From positions 128,001 to 192,000 of IMG/VR virus record IMGVR_UViG_3300043434_000734: a stretch of 64,000 nucleotides of DNA; one strand, 5' to 3'. This DNA comes from a virus (lineage: Duplodnaviria > Caudoviricetes). Positions 34,209 through 44,528 of the stretch are shown here, piece by piece (the first letter of the stretch is position 1; each line of letters begins with the position of its first letter). The notes beneath the pieces were generated by a model. That model saw only the letters and a program-made list of their open reading frames with translations, was not told the DNA's origin and made no database searches. A program made the translations under genes and the position numbers.

Positions 34209-35294
34209 TTAGAGGTCTTTTTTTATGTAATCCAATGCTGAAGATATCACTTGATGCATATCATAATATTTATATTCTGCCAACCTTCCACCAAAATGAA
34301 TATTTTCTAACTTATCAACTTCCGATTTGTATTTTAAATATATATTATTATTAGTCTTATCGTTAACTGGATAATAAGGTTCCGTTTCGTTTACTTTATA
34401 ATCTGTCGGGTATTCAAATGTTATCCAAGTATTTTCGGTAATCACATCTTTTTCGAAATGTTTATGTTCTATTATACGAGTGTACTGAGTTTCTGAATCG
34501 GTATAATTCATAACTGCACAACCTTGATAGTTATCCGTGTCCTTTTTAAAGTGTTCAAATCGAGTTGTCTTATATTCCAATTCACCATATTTGTAGTTAA
34601 AAAACTTATCAATCGGACCAGTATATATTACTTTACTGTGTTTAGGTAATTCATCTTTAAAGTAATCCACACCTAACTTCACATCAATACCATTCAATAA
34701 TTTTTCAAATATTTGTGTATAACCACCAATTGGTATCCCTTGGTATTTGTCATTAAAATAGTTATTATCATATGTTAACCTAAAAGGTAAACGAGTAATA
34801 ATTTCTTTCGGTAGTTCTTTGGGGTCTTTCTTCCATTGTTTAGAGGTATAATGTTTAATTAATTTCTCATACACATCTTTACCCACTAATTTAATTGCCT
34901 GTTCTTCTAAATTGGTTATTTCAGTAATTTCTGAACTTTGTTCCTCAATTATTTTTTTAGCTTCATTAGGGTGAGTAACTCCCCACAATTTATTGAACGT
35001 CCACATATTAAATGGTAAAGCATAAATTTCACCTTTGTAATTGGCGACAATCCTTAAACTAAAATTATTAAATGTAACAAATTGATTTATCCATTCCCAA
35101 ACTTCATCGTTTGATGTATGAAATATATGTGGACCGTATGTGTGTATATTAATACCGTCTTTATTTTCGGTATGACAATTGCCACCAATGTGATTTCTAT
35201 TTTCAATTACACAAACCTTATAACCTTTCTTGGTCAACTCGTGTGCACATATTGAACCGTAAAGTCCCGCACCAACAATTAAATAATCGTACAT
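34209..35294 (-). CDS. glf: UDP-galactopyranose mutase
   Basis: IVGAGLYG, HIGGNC, HTYGPHIFHT, YFNDKYQGIP, EPYYP, GGRLAEYKYYDMH. Confidence 0.96.
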   Translation of the reverse strand: MYDYLIVGAGLYGSICAHELTKKGYKVCVIENRNHIGGNCHTENKDGINIHTYGPHIFHTSNDEVWEWINQFVTFNNFSLRIVANYKGEIYALPFNMWTFNKLWGVTHPNEAKKIIEEQSSEITEITNLEEQAIKLVGKDVYEKLIKHYTSKQWKKDPKELPKEIITRLPFRLTYDNNYFNDKYQGIPIGGYTQIFEKLLNGIDVKLGVDYFKDELPKHSKVIYTGPIDKFFNYKYGELEYKTTRFEHFKKDTDNYQGCAVMNYTDSETQYTRIIEHKHFEKDVITENTWITFEYPTDYKVNETEPYYPVNDKTNNNIYLKYKSEVDKLENIHFGGRLAEYKYYDMHQVISSALDYIKKDL

Positions 35295-35295
35295 A

Positions 35296-36135
35296 TTAAT
35301 TTTTTAAATGAATAAACCCATCTTTCCATATTGTAGGTATTTTAATCCAATCGTCACACCAAATATCTTTTGGGTCATCATTAACATCAGGACCAAACCA
35401 AGTTTCAGGTGAAACAACAACTTTTTTATCTGATCTTGATAGGTATGCTCCCCACCAAGAAAATGAAGAATTGGAAATAATAAAATGATCACATAACGAC
35501 AATAACCATAATGCGTCACAATCAACATAGTTTTCCACAAACACCAAGTTAGGAAACACTAAATTTTCTTTACACCAATTAATATCGTCACTTAGTACCA
35601 TAATTTTATCACAATTTGGTAAATGATTATACGCTTCATTAATATAATCTACAGTTACGACAGGATGTCTTCTTGGTTGTGTTAAATAATCACCTCTACG
35701 CACATTTATTGCCCCAACAGTCGATTTATTTAAAAATGGAAAATCAATCAATGCCCTTTTAACAAATTCTTTAGTTGGTGAAAATAAATCTCTTATCACT
35801 TCACTATAATTTTTAAAAAATTTATCACTTTGAAACCAGCCAGCATAGGCCGTTGGACAATCGTCATATGGCTTTACATTTTCATATGTGAAAGGGACCC
35901 AAACTGTTTTAGTATCTTCAGTTTGATTGGATAAGTTAATGTTAAAATCTAATTTTCTAAATAAGGTTTTTTCTAAATGACCACTAGATGATTCCGTTTT
36001 TGGTACAACAAACTGCCGATTAAATTCAATGGATTTGGCATACGCGTGTGCAATTTGAAACATCATATTACCAGTTCTTCCTTGTAATCTACTTGTTATA
36101 TAATTTGACTGTAACGTTGTACTATTTTTTATCAT
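35296..36135 (-). CDS. GT11 alpha-1,2-fucosyltransferase-like
   Basis: GRTGNMMFQ, GWFQSDKFF, NVRRGDY, LSDD, IISNSSFSWWGAYL. Confidence 0.88.
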   Translation of the reverse strand: MIKNSTTLQSNYITSRLQGRTGNMMFQIAHAYAKSIEFNRQFVVPKTESSSGHLEKTLFRKLDFNINLSNQTEDTKTVWVPFTYENVKPYDDCPTAYAGWFQSDKFFKNYSEVIRDLFSPTKEFVKRALIDFPFLNKSTVGAINVRRGDYLTQPRRHPVVTVDYINEAYNHLPNCDKIMVLSDDINWCKENLVFPNLVFVENYVDCDALWLLSLCDHFIISNSSFSWWGAYLSRSDKKVVVSPETWFGPDVNDDPKDIWCDDWIKIPTIWKDGFIHLKN

Positions 36136-36799
36136 TAATTAAATTATTTTTTTTTACAACTTCATAACTACTTTTAAAAATTTGAACATCGACACTATTA
36201 CCAGATGCGTCTAAATCACTTTTTCCGGCTCGTTGTGGGACTGCAATAGGATAAATTAAATATTTTTTAATATCGTGACGTTGACCCAACCATCCATCGA
36301 TGGCCGAATCTTGAAAAGGAACGTATTCGTCTAAAATTCGTTTTATCGCAGTTCTTCGATATCCGACTGCGTGAGTTGTTAAAACAGTTGGTGCTAACAT
36401 CAGTGTGTTAGATACGATATCAACTTCTCTAATCGGATGTCCACCAAAATATATCATATCCCAATCGGGAAATTGACTCATTTCGTTTAACCCATTTTCA
36501 CATAATGTTATACCGGGTAATTGATTAGTGTCATTATAAAAATATGCGTCATCCTCAAATATAACAACATTATCTAAACCATCATCATATATTTTTTTAA
36601 ATAATTTAAAATATGTTAAACCACAATAACCGTGTTTTTTTATTGGGTCTGGTTCGTTAATCGAATCTTCTGCGGAGACCCGCTCAAAAAATTCTTTTAA
36701 ACCATATTTTGACATTTCATTTTCAAACTCCTCACGTCTATCTGGTCGTCTATCTAAATTAATATAGTACCCCTTGGAAAAATATTTATCAATTCTCAT
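36122..36799 (-). CDS. GT25-family glycosyltransferase
   Basis: YYINLDRRPDRR, ERVSA, IFEDDA, WDMIYFGG, THAVGY, IDGW. Confidence 0.85.
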   Translation of the reverse strand: MRIDKYFSKGYYINLDRRPDRREEFENEMSKYGLKEFFERVSAEDSINEPDPIKKHGYCGLTYFKLFKKIYDDGLDNVVIFEDDAYFYNDTNQLPGITLCENGLNEMSQFPDWDMIYFGGHPIREVDIVSNTLMLAPTVLTTHAVGYRRTAIKRILDEYVPFQDSAIDGWLGQRHDIKKYLIYPIAVPQRAGKSDLDASGNSVDVQIFKSSYEVVKKNNLINDKK

Positions 36800-37472
36800 T
36801 TAATATTTTTTTACAATAATCAATAAAAACTTGTTGTTTATCCCAAACCCTTATTTGGAAATTATGAAATGTCCCACTTTCAAATTCGGTCCCATTACCG
36901 TAACCAAATGGTTTATAACCAAAGTCACCACCATATTGCCAAGTAATGTTGGTTAATGTTTTTGTGGGATATGATAATACAATTTTCCTACCTTGTTTTT
37001 CATTCTCTCTTATAAATTGTTCCGCAACATCAACCTCTGTCATATAACCATCGGGATTTGGGTAATGTGTAAATTTAAAATTTTTACAATTAGACTCCTC
37101 CCATAGTTTTCTGGTAAAACTTAGAAAACTTGGAGCTATAAATGGTGGTGTTTTATGTGGATTCACATCAAAAACGTTAGATGCTTGTGCATTACCATAT
37201 AACGTATTATTATCGGAAATGATTTGAATTGCCCTTGTAACACAATCGTGACTAATAGGTATACTATCGACATCAAAAAAAGTAATTGAATCCCAATCTT
37301 TTCTGTTTACTAAATATTCTTCAATTGCCTCAGCGTGCCTATCACTTCTCAGATTATCTTTAAATTGAATCTGTTCCAATTCAATTCCAAAAAAATCAAA
37401 TACTTTTTTTTGTAAGTTGACAATTTCAAATGGTAAATCATTACCGTAAAAACTAACTACATTGTGTTTCAT
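36789..37472 (-). CDS. Probable GT-A-fold glycosyltransferase
   Basis: FFDVD.IP DxD motif; cluster context. Confidence 0.5.
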   Translation of the reverse strand: MKHNVVSFYGNDLPFEIVNLQKKVFDFFGIELEQIQFKDNLRSDRHAEAIEEYLVNRKDWDSITFFDVDSIPISHDCVTRAIQIISDNNTLYGNAQASNVFDVNPHKTPPFIAPSFLSFTRKLWEESNCKNFKFTHYPNPDGYMTEVDVAEQFIRENEKQGRKIVLSYPTKTLTNITWQYGGDFGYKPFGYGNGTEFESGTFHNFQIRVWDKQQVFIDYCKKILNEN

Positions 37473-38654
37473 CTATAATTTACTTATTAAATCAACCCAC
37501 ATTTGGCCAATTTTATTAACATTAAAATTAGATATGATGTGATTCTTACCTCTATTTCTAATATCCTCTTTTATTTGTGGATTTGATTCCAAGAATTTTA
37601 TCTTTTCAACTATATTGTCGGTTATAGTGAATTTCCCTTCTAAATCTTTTGTTAAAGGTTCATTTTGCATTTTTTCCACATCAACCCCTTCAGGGAAATC
37701 TAACCACACACAATAGTTTTCAAAATTTTCAGGTAACGCACCTAACGGATAAGTTACAACAATTGCACCTAAAGCTATGGCTTCCGCAACAACACAAGAG
37801 AATGTGTCTTTATGTACATCTTGATATGGCGTATATAACGGGTAAATAAAATATTCACTTTCGGCGATATTTGTAAAAAGTGTCTTCTTATCTACACCAT
37901 TGTGTAAATTAAAAAAACTATCTTGGTGATGATGAGTTGCCATTAAATAATCAAAAGCGTGAAACTCACTATCCTCAAAATTTAACTTCCTAACTGCTTC
38001 TATTGAAACATTACCACCTCTAGCCCAAGCTGCGTGAAAAACAAATTTGTGTGGTTTTCTTTTTGGTTTAGAATATAAAACTTCTTGAATCATTTCATCC
38101 ATAACAGGATTAGGAATTAAAGAAATTTGTACATTTTTAATTGATGTTTCATTATTTTTTATTGAACTTGTTAAAGGACCGGTCATATTTTTTTCCCATT
38201 CGGAAATATGCACAAACCCTAACGATAAATTGTTTTGTTTTACGTAATCCTTAATATGGTCAATGCCGTATATCCATTGCATATGTGACCAATATATTAA
38301 ACCTTTAGTAACTTTGATTGGTAATTTATCATAATCCTGAAACCATAACATACTAATGAGGATATCAAACTCTTTATTTTCAATTCCGTCAAAGTTAATA
38401 TTTGTGTACTTAACACCATAAAATTCTTCTCCGGGTGTGTAAACTCTACCCTTTTCTTTATATTCAATTTCAAGTTTTTCTTCCAATTTATCGGCAACAA
38501 ATACAACATCGTGCCCTTGCTTGGATAAGTATTCAGCGACTAATACTGAACTAGTGTCAGTCCCTGAACCGCCCCCATTTCCATATCTTAAATTGTACCC
38601 ATTCAGGTAATTACTTCTTCTACTGTTACCAATTACTATTAATGCTATTCTCAT
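37473..38654 (-). CDS. GT-B (GT4-like) glycosyltransferase
   Basis: GGGSGTDTS, IPNP, DTFSCVVAEAIALG..LGALPE. Confidence 0.8.
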   Translation of the reverse strand: MRIALIVIGNSRRSNYLNGYNLRYGNGGGSGTDTSSVLVAEYLSKQGHDVVFVADKLEEKLEIEYKEKGRVYTPGEEFYGVKYTNINFDGIENKEFDILISMLWFQDYDKLPIKVTKGLIYWSHMQWIYGIDHIKDYVKQNNLSLGFVHISEWEKNMTGPLTSSIKNNETSIKNVQISLIPNPVMDEMIQEVLYSKPKRKPHKFVFHAAWARGGNVSIEAVRKLNFEDSEFHAFDYLMATHHHQDSFFNLHNGVDKKTLFTNIAESEYFIYPLYTPYQDVHKDTFSCVVAEAIALGAIVVTYPLGALPENFENYCVWLDFPEGVDVEKMQNEPLTKDLEGKFTITDNIVEKIKFLESNPQIKEDIRNRGKNHIISNFNVNKIGQMWVDLISKL

Positions 38655-39907
38655 TAGATTGTTTTTTCGTATCTGTCACTCCATTGTTTATCCTCATCAA
38701 ATAAATACATCACAATTTTATTCGGTTTTTCGATTGTTTCTAAAGTTAAAGTGGTTTTATTCATTTCTAAGTTAACATATTGTGGTTCCGATTCAATTGT
38801 AAAATCTTTACGATACAATTCAAGACCTGATAACGTATGAACAGCAAAAGTCATAAACTTAGGTTTTTTAAAGTCAAATCGTTTAAAAAATTCAACATCC
38901 CATTCTAATGATAATTCATATTTATTTTTAATAAATTGGTTTTCCCAATCCGAAGGGTTAGGTGGTTCGTTAACCTTTAATGTATAATCTTGGATTACAC
39001 ATTTTTTAAAATCAAAACCTCCATAAACTTCATAATCGTGTAATGTCCTAACCGTACCTAAACCATATTCACCCATATCAATTCCATATTCTTGGGTTCC
39101 GAATAGTTGTCTAGTTTTATTACGTGCAAAAACGTCACGTTCCCCACTCGTTTTTTTAGTTTCACTATTCACCCCGTGATCATCCCAATGTTTTACACGA
39201 TAATTTCTAGTGTATTCGTGCCACATAATCATACGGTATGGACTATAAAAATCATAACCATTAGTGAATGCTCTAACACTTAATGTCGTTTCTTCGGTAT
39301 ACCCACCAAAATAAATGTCAGGGTCGTACGGTACTTCTTTAATGAATTCACCTGAAGTAAAATAGAAGTGACCACTAATTGTTCTTGCCTTTATTACCCT
39401 ATTTCTCGACTTGTAATCTTGTATATACCAAGGCATACTCATCAATAATCTATCACCACTAAATTCATATTGTGACATTAAACAAGGTGTAGGTATCCAA
39501 GTACTTTCTTCTGATTTGGGGTCAAATGGTGTACAATATGTTGAAATAACCGGTTTTTCCGATGTCCCCAATGCTTGGTTATAATCTTCTAAAACCATAA
39601 CATCCCAATCTTGGACAAATCTATGGTGAGAGTCAATTTGTAACGTATACTCCTCATCATCGTACAATGTATTAGTGATATGACGTGCCCAACCAAGACC
39701 CTCACTTTCACTATAATGATGTTTACTTACCCTAAATTGTGGATTACCATCAAACATATCAATTGGTTCACTACTATCGTATTGCCAACAAATACCAAAC
39801 ACTAAATTTTTAGGGTTTTTAGCTTTTTTTATCATATCCTCGATTGTGGGAACCAATTCAGGATCACGATATGAGGCTATTTGTACGAAAATTTTTTCTT
39901 TCTTCAT
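38654..39907 (-). CDS. GT60/Gnt1-like GlcNAc transferase
   Basis: IFVQIASYRDPEL, GLGWAR, YTLQIDSHHRF..DWD, ISTY, SGHFYF, EVPYDP, EETTLS.RA.T.GYD. Confidence 0.8.
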   Translation of the reverse strand: MKKEKIFVQIASYRDPELVPTIEDMIKKAKNPKNLVFGICWQYDSSEPIDMFDGNPQFRVSKHHYSESEGLGWARHITNTLYDDEEYTLQIDSHHRFVQDWDVMVLEDYNQALGTSEKPVISTYCTPFDPKSEESTWIPTPCLMSQYEFSGDRLLMSMPWYIQDYKSRNRVIKARTISGHFYFTSGEFIKEVPYDPDIYFGGYTEETTLSVRAFTNGYDFYSPYRMIMWHEYTRNYRVKHWDDHGVNSETKKTSGERDVFARNKTRQLFGTQEYGIDMGEYGLGTVRTLHDYEVYGGFDFKKCVIQDYTLKVNEPPNPSDWENQFIKNKYELSLEWDVEFFKRFDFKKPKFMTFAVHTLSGLELYRKDFTIESEPQYVNLEMNKTTLTLETIEKPNKIVMYLFDEDKQWSDRYEKTI

Positions 39908-40017
39908 TTTATAGTTATTTTTTAATAATATAGTTAAAAATGACCAAATAAAAAAGACTCGATTTCGTTTTATGGATTTTTTTTGGTATATTTTATAGTA
40001 GATAATTGAGATACTTA

Positions 40018-40374
40018 ATGAGAAAAATTTACCAACCTATTGTCATCGAAAAGGCTAACGAAATTCTTTACGTGTTAGAAGAGACCAACTTCTTTAAAGA
40101 TTATGAGATTGAAAATTTTGATTTTGCAATAACTTATATAAATGACAAATTAACTGAAAAGTTTATTGACGGAAAATTAGATGAAGATTCTGAAAATTTA
40201 TTTACCGAAGATGAATTTGATGTGATATTACGTGAAATTGTTGCGGGGAGTATATTATATGAATTAAAAGAAAAAGGATATGTTAATTCTTATGAAGACG
40301 ATCAAACCGAAGAGACCTTTTTCTTAACTGAAATAGGTCGTAAAATGATAGACGAAAAAGGGACTCTTAGATAG
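40018..40374 (+). CDS. Acidic hypothetical protein
   Basis: ORF; ATG at 40018. Confidence 0.6.
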   Translation: MRKIYQPIVIEKANEILYVLEETNFFKDYEIENFDFAITYINDKLTEKFIDGKLDEDSENLFTEDEFDVILREIVAGSILYELKEKGYVNSYEDDQTEETFFLTEIGRKMIDEKGTLR

Positions 40375-40378
40375 TCCC

Positions 40379-40723
40379 TTATTTTTTCTTTTCGTCAATT
40401 GGTTGTTGTGAATATAATGTACGTTTGTGTTGTTTGATTTTTTCTTTAAGTTGGGAAATCAACTTTTGTGAATTTGATAAATCGGAGAATATTGTTGAAA
40501 TTCTACCTCCCATCATTGTTTTTAATCCTGACGGCGTAGAATCTTGCAACTTTCTTAATTCCTTAATAGTCTCATTTAAGGAATTTTGTAATTCTTCAAT
40601 TTTAAATTGTACTCTACTGAATTCATATCTGGAAACCTTAGATGATTCCTCTATTAAAATCTTACCTATAACTTCCTTTATGTGATTTTCGTTTATTAAT
40701 GGTTTTTCCATATTAGATACCAA
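40379..40723 (-). CDS. Coiled-coil hypothetical protein (putative head protein)
   Basis: LINENHIKEVIGKILIEE. Confidence 0.55.
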   Translation of the reverse strand: MVSNMEKPLINENHIKEVIGKILIEESSKVSRYEFSRVQFKIEELQNSLNETIKELRKLQDSTPSGLKTMMGGRISTIFSDLSNSQKLISQLKEKIKQHKRTLYSQQPIDEKKK

Positions 40724-40958
40724 ATTCTTTTTCTTCTCTATCTGTTAATTCACCGTCTTTTTTCATACCTTCTTTAATATACGTTCTGATTAATTTAGAA
40801 ACGGTCATATCCTTATGATTTGCCACCTTTTCAATTTCTTTAAGGTATGCCGGAACAACTCTAAATGTTAACATTTTAATAAGTTGTTTATGTTTTGGTT
40901 GGTCAGAATGTGGCTTTTCACCAGATGCCTGCAATTCTTTATAAGCCTTTGATGCCAT
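40713..40958 (-). CDS. Ribbon-helix-helix DNA-binding protein
   Basis: MLTFRV..YLKEIEKVA...TVSKLIRTYIKEG. Confidence 0.7.
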   Translation of the reverse strand: MASKAYKELQASGEKPHSDQPKHKQLIKMLTFRVVPAYLKEIEKVANHKDMTVSKLIRTYIKEGMKKDGELTDREEKEFGI

Positions 40959-41032
40959 TTTAAAATATATTTTTATATAAATATTTGGTTTATGGGTTAT
41001 TTTTATCTATATTTTAATAAATAGAATAAAAT

Positions 41033-41392
41033 ATGTCAGAAGATAGAGAACAAACAATCGACCCAATTAAAATGTGTGAGGAAAAGTATCCTGAGACAAC
41101 TAAAGAATTTAAAAAAATCCTTAAAGAACAGTATGAGGTTTTTTGTAGAAAACAAATGAATTACGGTCCCGATAATATATCTGTAGGAACACGTTTGGAG
41201 ACCCCTGAAGAGGTTAAATTATCACAAACAGGGTTGTGGTTCAGAATGAATGATAAGATACAGAGATTGAAGCAATTAGTTTTATTGGGTAAACCCGATA
41301 CGGTTGGAGAGGCAATCGAGGATACATATCAAGATTTATCCGTATATAACATCATCGCTCAAATTGTAATTCGAGGAAAGTGGGCTAAATAA
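41033..41392 (+). CDS. DUF1599 / nucleotide-modification-associated alpha-helical domain
   Basis: RKQMNYG..NI, RMNDKIQRL, EDTYQDLSVYNII. Confidence 0.75.
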   Translation: MSEDREQTIDPIKMCEEKYPETTKEFKKILKEQYEVFCRKQMNYGPDNISVGTRLETPEEVKLSQTGLWFRMNDKIQRLKQLVLLGKPDTVGEAIEDTYQDLSVYNIIAQIVIRGKWAK

Positions 41393-41494
41393 GTTGAAAT
41401 TTAGTAATAATATTAAGGGATGAAACTAATTATTTTATCCCTTTTTACATTTTATAATGATATTGACGACTATTTATTTTAAAGAAAAAAAACG

Positions 41495-41854
41495 ATGAAA
41501 GTAAACATAAACCACCCAACATTTGTGTCATTTTTAGATAATGTGACGACAAACATATTATCAAATGTCACGGTAGATAATTATTTCTCACTATCACAGG
41601 ATAAGAAATTAGGTACCCAATATATGGTATATAAATTAATGAAAAATTCTGTAAAAGTTAGAGCAAAATTAACCGACGATGAATTAAGGAGTTTTGTTGA
41701 CGTTTTATGGAAAAAAAATGAAGAATTGGAAAACTACGAATTTGCAGCAGTCCTAAACGATATTTCTAATAATTTTGATGTGGTTAATGAGGTCACTAAA
41801 CCCGTTAAAAGAACCACAAGAAGAATAAAAACAGATACTACCGAAAATGGCTAG
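41495..41854 (+). CDS. Hypothetical protein with UVR-like motif
   Basis: NEELENYEFAAVLND. Confidence 0.55.
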   Translation: MKVNINHPTFVSFLDNVTTNILSNVTVDNYFSLSQDKKLGTQYMVYKLMKNSVKVRAKLTDDELRSFVDVLWKKNEELENYEFAAVLNDISNNFDVVNEVTKPVKRTTRRIKTDTTENG

Positions 41855-42239
41855 AACTATAGACATAGAATCCAAAAAACGGTATGCCTTATTGACATTA
41901 AAGTGGTGTGAAGGGTATTTTGGACTATGTTATAGGAAAAAAAGAAAGTTACTTTTTAGATTTAGTGAAAGGAGTAGAAAAATGGACAAATTTAAAGTTT
42001 TCGGTAACTATTGTTTTTATCGAAACGAAATTGTTATTTATTTACCAAATTGCGAGACAATTCACGATATTGTCTCAACAGTAATTCACGAATATACTCA
42101 CTATTTACAAGTTCGTAGAAAGTATAGGGAATATGAGTTATCTAGATACTATTCACAAAATCCAATGGAGCGACAGGCGAAAAGAAATGAAGATAAATAC
42201 ACCAAATTATGTTTAAAAGAAATTAGGAAACTATTTTAG
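41847..42239 (+). CDS. HExxH metallopeptidase-like protein
   Basis: TVIHEYTHYLQ..NPMERQA. Confidence 0.7.
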   Translation: MARTIDIESKKRYALLTLKWCEGYFGLCYRKKRKLLFRFSERSRKMDKFKVFGNYCFYRNEIVIYLPNCETIHDIVSTVIHEYTHYLQVRRKYREYELSRYYSQNPMERQAKRNEDKYTKLCLKEIRKLF

Positions 42240-42423
42240 CTTCCCCAATTTCCCTCAAAAACAATAAAGTGCTATCATTTTGATTTCTACTTTTAATTAC
42301 AATATCACACATCCAAAAATCTTTTAAATTACTTACCGAATCTTCTTTTACTTGTGTTTGATTAACTTTACGATAAACCCAATAGAGTTTATCTTGATAA
42401 TTTATATACTCTCTGGGTAACAT
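42223..42423 (-). CDS. Small hypothetical protein
   Basis: ORF track; coupled to the upstream gene. Confidence 0.5.
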   Translation of the reverse strand: MLPREYINYQDKLYWVYRKVNQTQVKEDSVSNLKDFWMCDIVIKSRNQNDSTLLFLREIGEAKIVS

Positions 42424-43058
42424 TATTTAAATTTAATTCCTGTTAATTTTTCAATATCGACCAAATCGACCTTATTGTTATTTATCCCATCAGGATTTGA
42501 TAAATCGTTCTCAAATAAAAACGCCATCCACTCTTTAGTTTTTACTGTATAAACAACTTTCCAACATTGTTTTGGAACTGCGACCTTACCAATTCTTTTT
42601 AATTCTCCAAGATTACCGGCCCAAATATGAACAGAATCTTCTCTCGTTGATATTTCTCTAGTTAAAGTTTCCAAAGATTTCCAATCACCCGCATTTAATC
42701 TATGGTATTGTGCCGCCATATTACTAAAATAAAAACATTCGTTTTGCACTTCAGGTGTTTGGCATTGATTCGATTTTGCGGGCATTAAATGTCCTCTATC
42801 GAACCCACTTTTTACATAATCTTGATCTAAATCAGTTTCTTTTGGTAATAACGGATCAGGTTTAAAACGGTCAACTCTAGGTAGTGGTTTTTCACAAGCA
42901 ACTTTCGCTTTAGTCTCCCACCACTCAACCATTATCGGGTATTTTTTTGATTTACTATAATGTGATGTGTAATTGGTGTGTTTTAAAATTACCACGTCTT
43001 GTGCAATTGTTACAAAACTAATAATAAGTATTGTAATCAATAATAACCCTTTTTTCAT
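42423..43058 (-). CDS. Exported DNA/RNA non-specific endonuclease (NucA/EndA type)
   Basis: Signal peptide; SGFDRGHLMPA, FYFSNMAAQ...LN.G.WK.LE, VAVPKQCWKVV. Confidence 0.9.
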   Translation of the reverse strand: MKKGLLLITILIISFVTIAQDVVILKHTNYTSHYSKSKKYPIMVEWWETKAKVACEKPLPRVDRFKPDPLLPKETDLDQDYVKSGFDRGHLMPAKSNQCQTPEVQNECFYFSNMAAQYHRLNAGDWKSLETLTREISTREDSVHIWAGNLGELKRIGKVAVPKQCWKVVYTVKTKEWMAFLFENDLSNPDGINNNKVDLVDIEKLTGIKFK

Positions 43059-43609
43059 ATTTGTTTTTCTTTTATATAGTTAAATATATCCAAAGGGGTG
43101 TTTTGATTAACTTTAAACTCAATAAAATCTATGTTGTTATTTATCAATTTTTCTTTAATCTCCAAGTCAATTTGCTTCGATTCACTAAGGTTTTGAAATC
43201 TACCATTCTGATCATAAGTTTCATCGTTACGGTTTAAAAAAATGTTCAGACTATTATACTTCTTAAATAAATCCAAAATAAACTTATCGTATGATTCACC
43301 ATAAAATGTTGCAGGATACTCAGGTTGGTCGTTGTACCGTTCTTTGTACACCAAACCCAATATAATTGGGGAATCGACTATAATATATTTCACCTTACCG
43401 TACAAACGACTTATATTACGATGTTGATTCGCGGTGATATAAAATTGATCCTTTATGGCTGAAAAATTCTCCTCCCAAGCAACCACCTTAGGAAATTCAT
43501 AAGTTAACTCAACATCCATATGTTGTTTTTTCATTTCAGTAAATAAACCTGCCGATTGTGTTGATTTACCGATACCGGGCCCACCAAAAAAATTTATAAT
43601 TAAAGTCAT
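43055..43609 (-). CDS. P-loop nucleotide kinase-like protein (AAA_28/NadR type)
   Basis: FGGPGIGKST, YEFPK, IVDSP, RFQNLSESKQID. Confidence 0.75.
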   Translation of the reverse strand: MTLIINFFGGPGIGKSTQSAGLFTEMKKQHMDVELTYEFPKVVAWEENFSAIKDQFYITANQHRNISRLYGKVKYIIVDSPIILGLVYKERYNDQPEYPATFYGESYDKFILDLFKKYNSLNIFLNRNDETYDQNGRFQNLSESKQIDLEIKEKLINNNIDFIEFKVNQNTPLDIFNYIKEKQI

Positions 43610-43610
43610 T

Positions 43611-44309
43611 TTATTGTATTTTTAAATTATTAACACTTATTTTTTGATTTATATATTCAGCAATGAACCGATTACCGTCTTCGTTCGGGTGCCCGTATTG
43701 GTCACAACTAAACCCATTTTCAACCATAAAATTTAACAACCCATTAAATATAAAATTTTCACCTAAATTAAAATCTAAAAAAAAGTTAAAGTCAATTTTT
43801 TTATATATGTTTAAATCTTTGATTGAATAATCTAAACCAAAGTAATTAAAAAAATAATATTTTATGTTGTTATTTTTAAAGAATTCTTGTAACGAAAACA
43901 TATAATGTATTGTATGTTCACTCGCCATAGGTTCAAACTTAACCCCTAAGTCAACATTATCAAATAAATTAACGTAAACAACATTACCGTCAGGAGTACA
44001 ATGTTGCCTTCTATTAGGACCCGACCATTGAATAAAAACATAATCAGGTTTTTTGTTTTCATTTATTAATAGGTTAACGTTTTCTAACGTTTTATGGAAA
44101 ATATAATCATTACCGGCACCACAAACCGAATCATTTATGAATATATCACTAACACCCACTAATAAATCTGATTTTAAACCGACGAACTCAGTCCCAAATT
44201 TTTTATAATCACAACTTAGGTTATCCATTATAATATTTGACCAAACTAATTTCTTATCAGTTAAACAATGACCGTATGTGTGTGAACATCCTATTGAATA
44301 AATTACCAT
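43611..44309 (-). CDS. SGNH-like protein
   Basis: IGCSHT, GAGND, FIQWS, YGHPNEDG. Confidence 0.6.
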   Translation of the reverse strand: MVIYSIGCSHTYGHCLTDKKLVWSNIIMDNLSCDYKKFGTEFVGLKSDLLVGVSDIFINDSVCGAGNDYIFHKTLENVNLLINENKKPDYVFIQWSGPNRRQHCTPDGNVVYVNLFDNVDLGVKFEPMASEHTIHYMFSLQEFFKNNNIKYYFFNYFGLDYSIKDLNIYKKIDFNFFLDFNLGENFIFNGLLNFMVENGFSCDQYGHPNEDGNRFIAEYINQKISVNNLKIQ

Positions 44310-44528
44310 AACTACGTTTAATATAGATAAAAAAAGGGAGAATATAAAATTCTTCCCTCGTTTTTAATAATGCCCCCAACATTAAAAATAAATAACAATT
44401 ATGTTCGTAAAAACCCATATAATGTGACGACTATTTGTTTGTTTAAAATTAATTTCAGTTTATTATGTGGTAAACGTCATAAATTTTGATATTTTATTTT
44501 ATATATTAATATTTATAGAATTATTACT

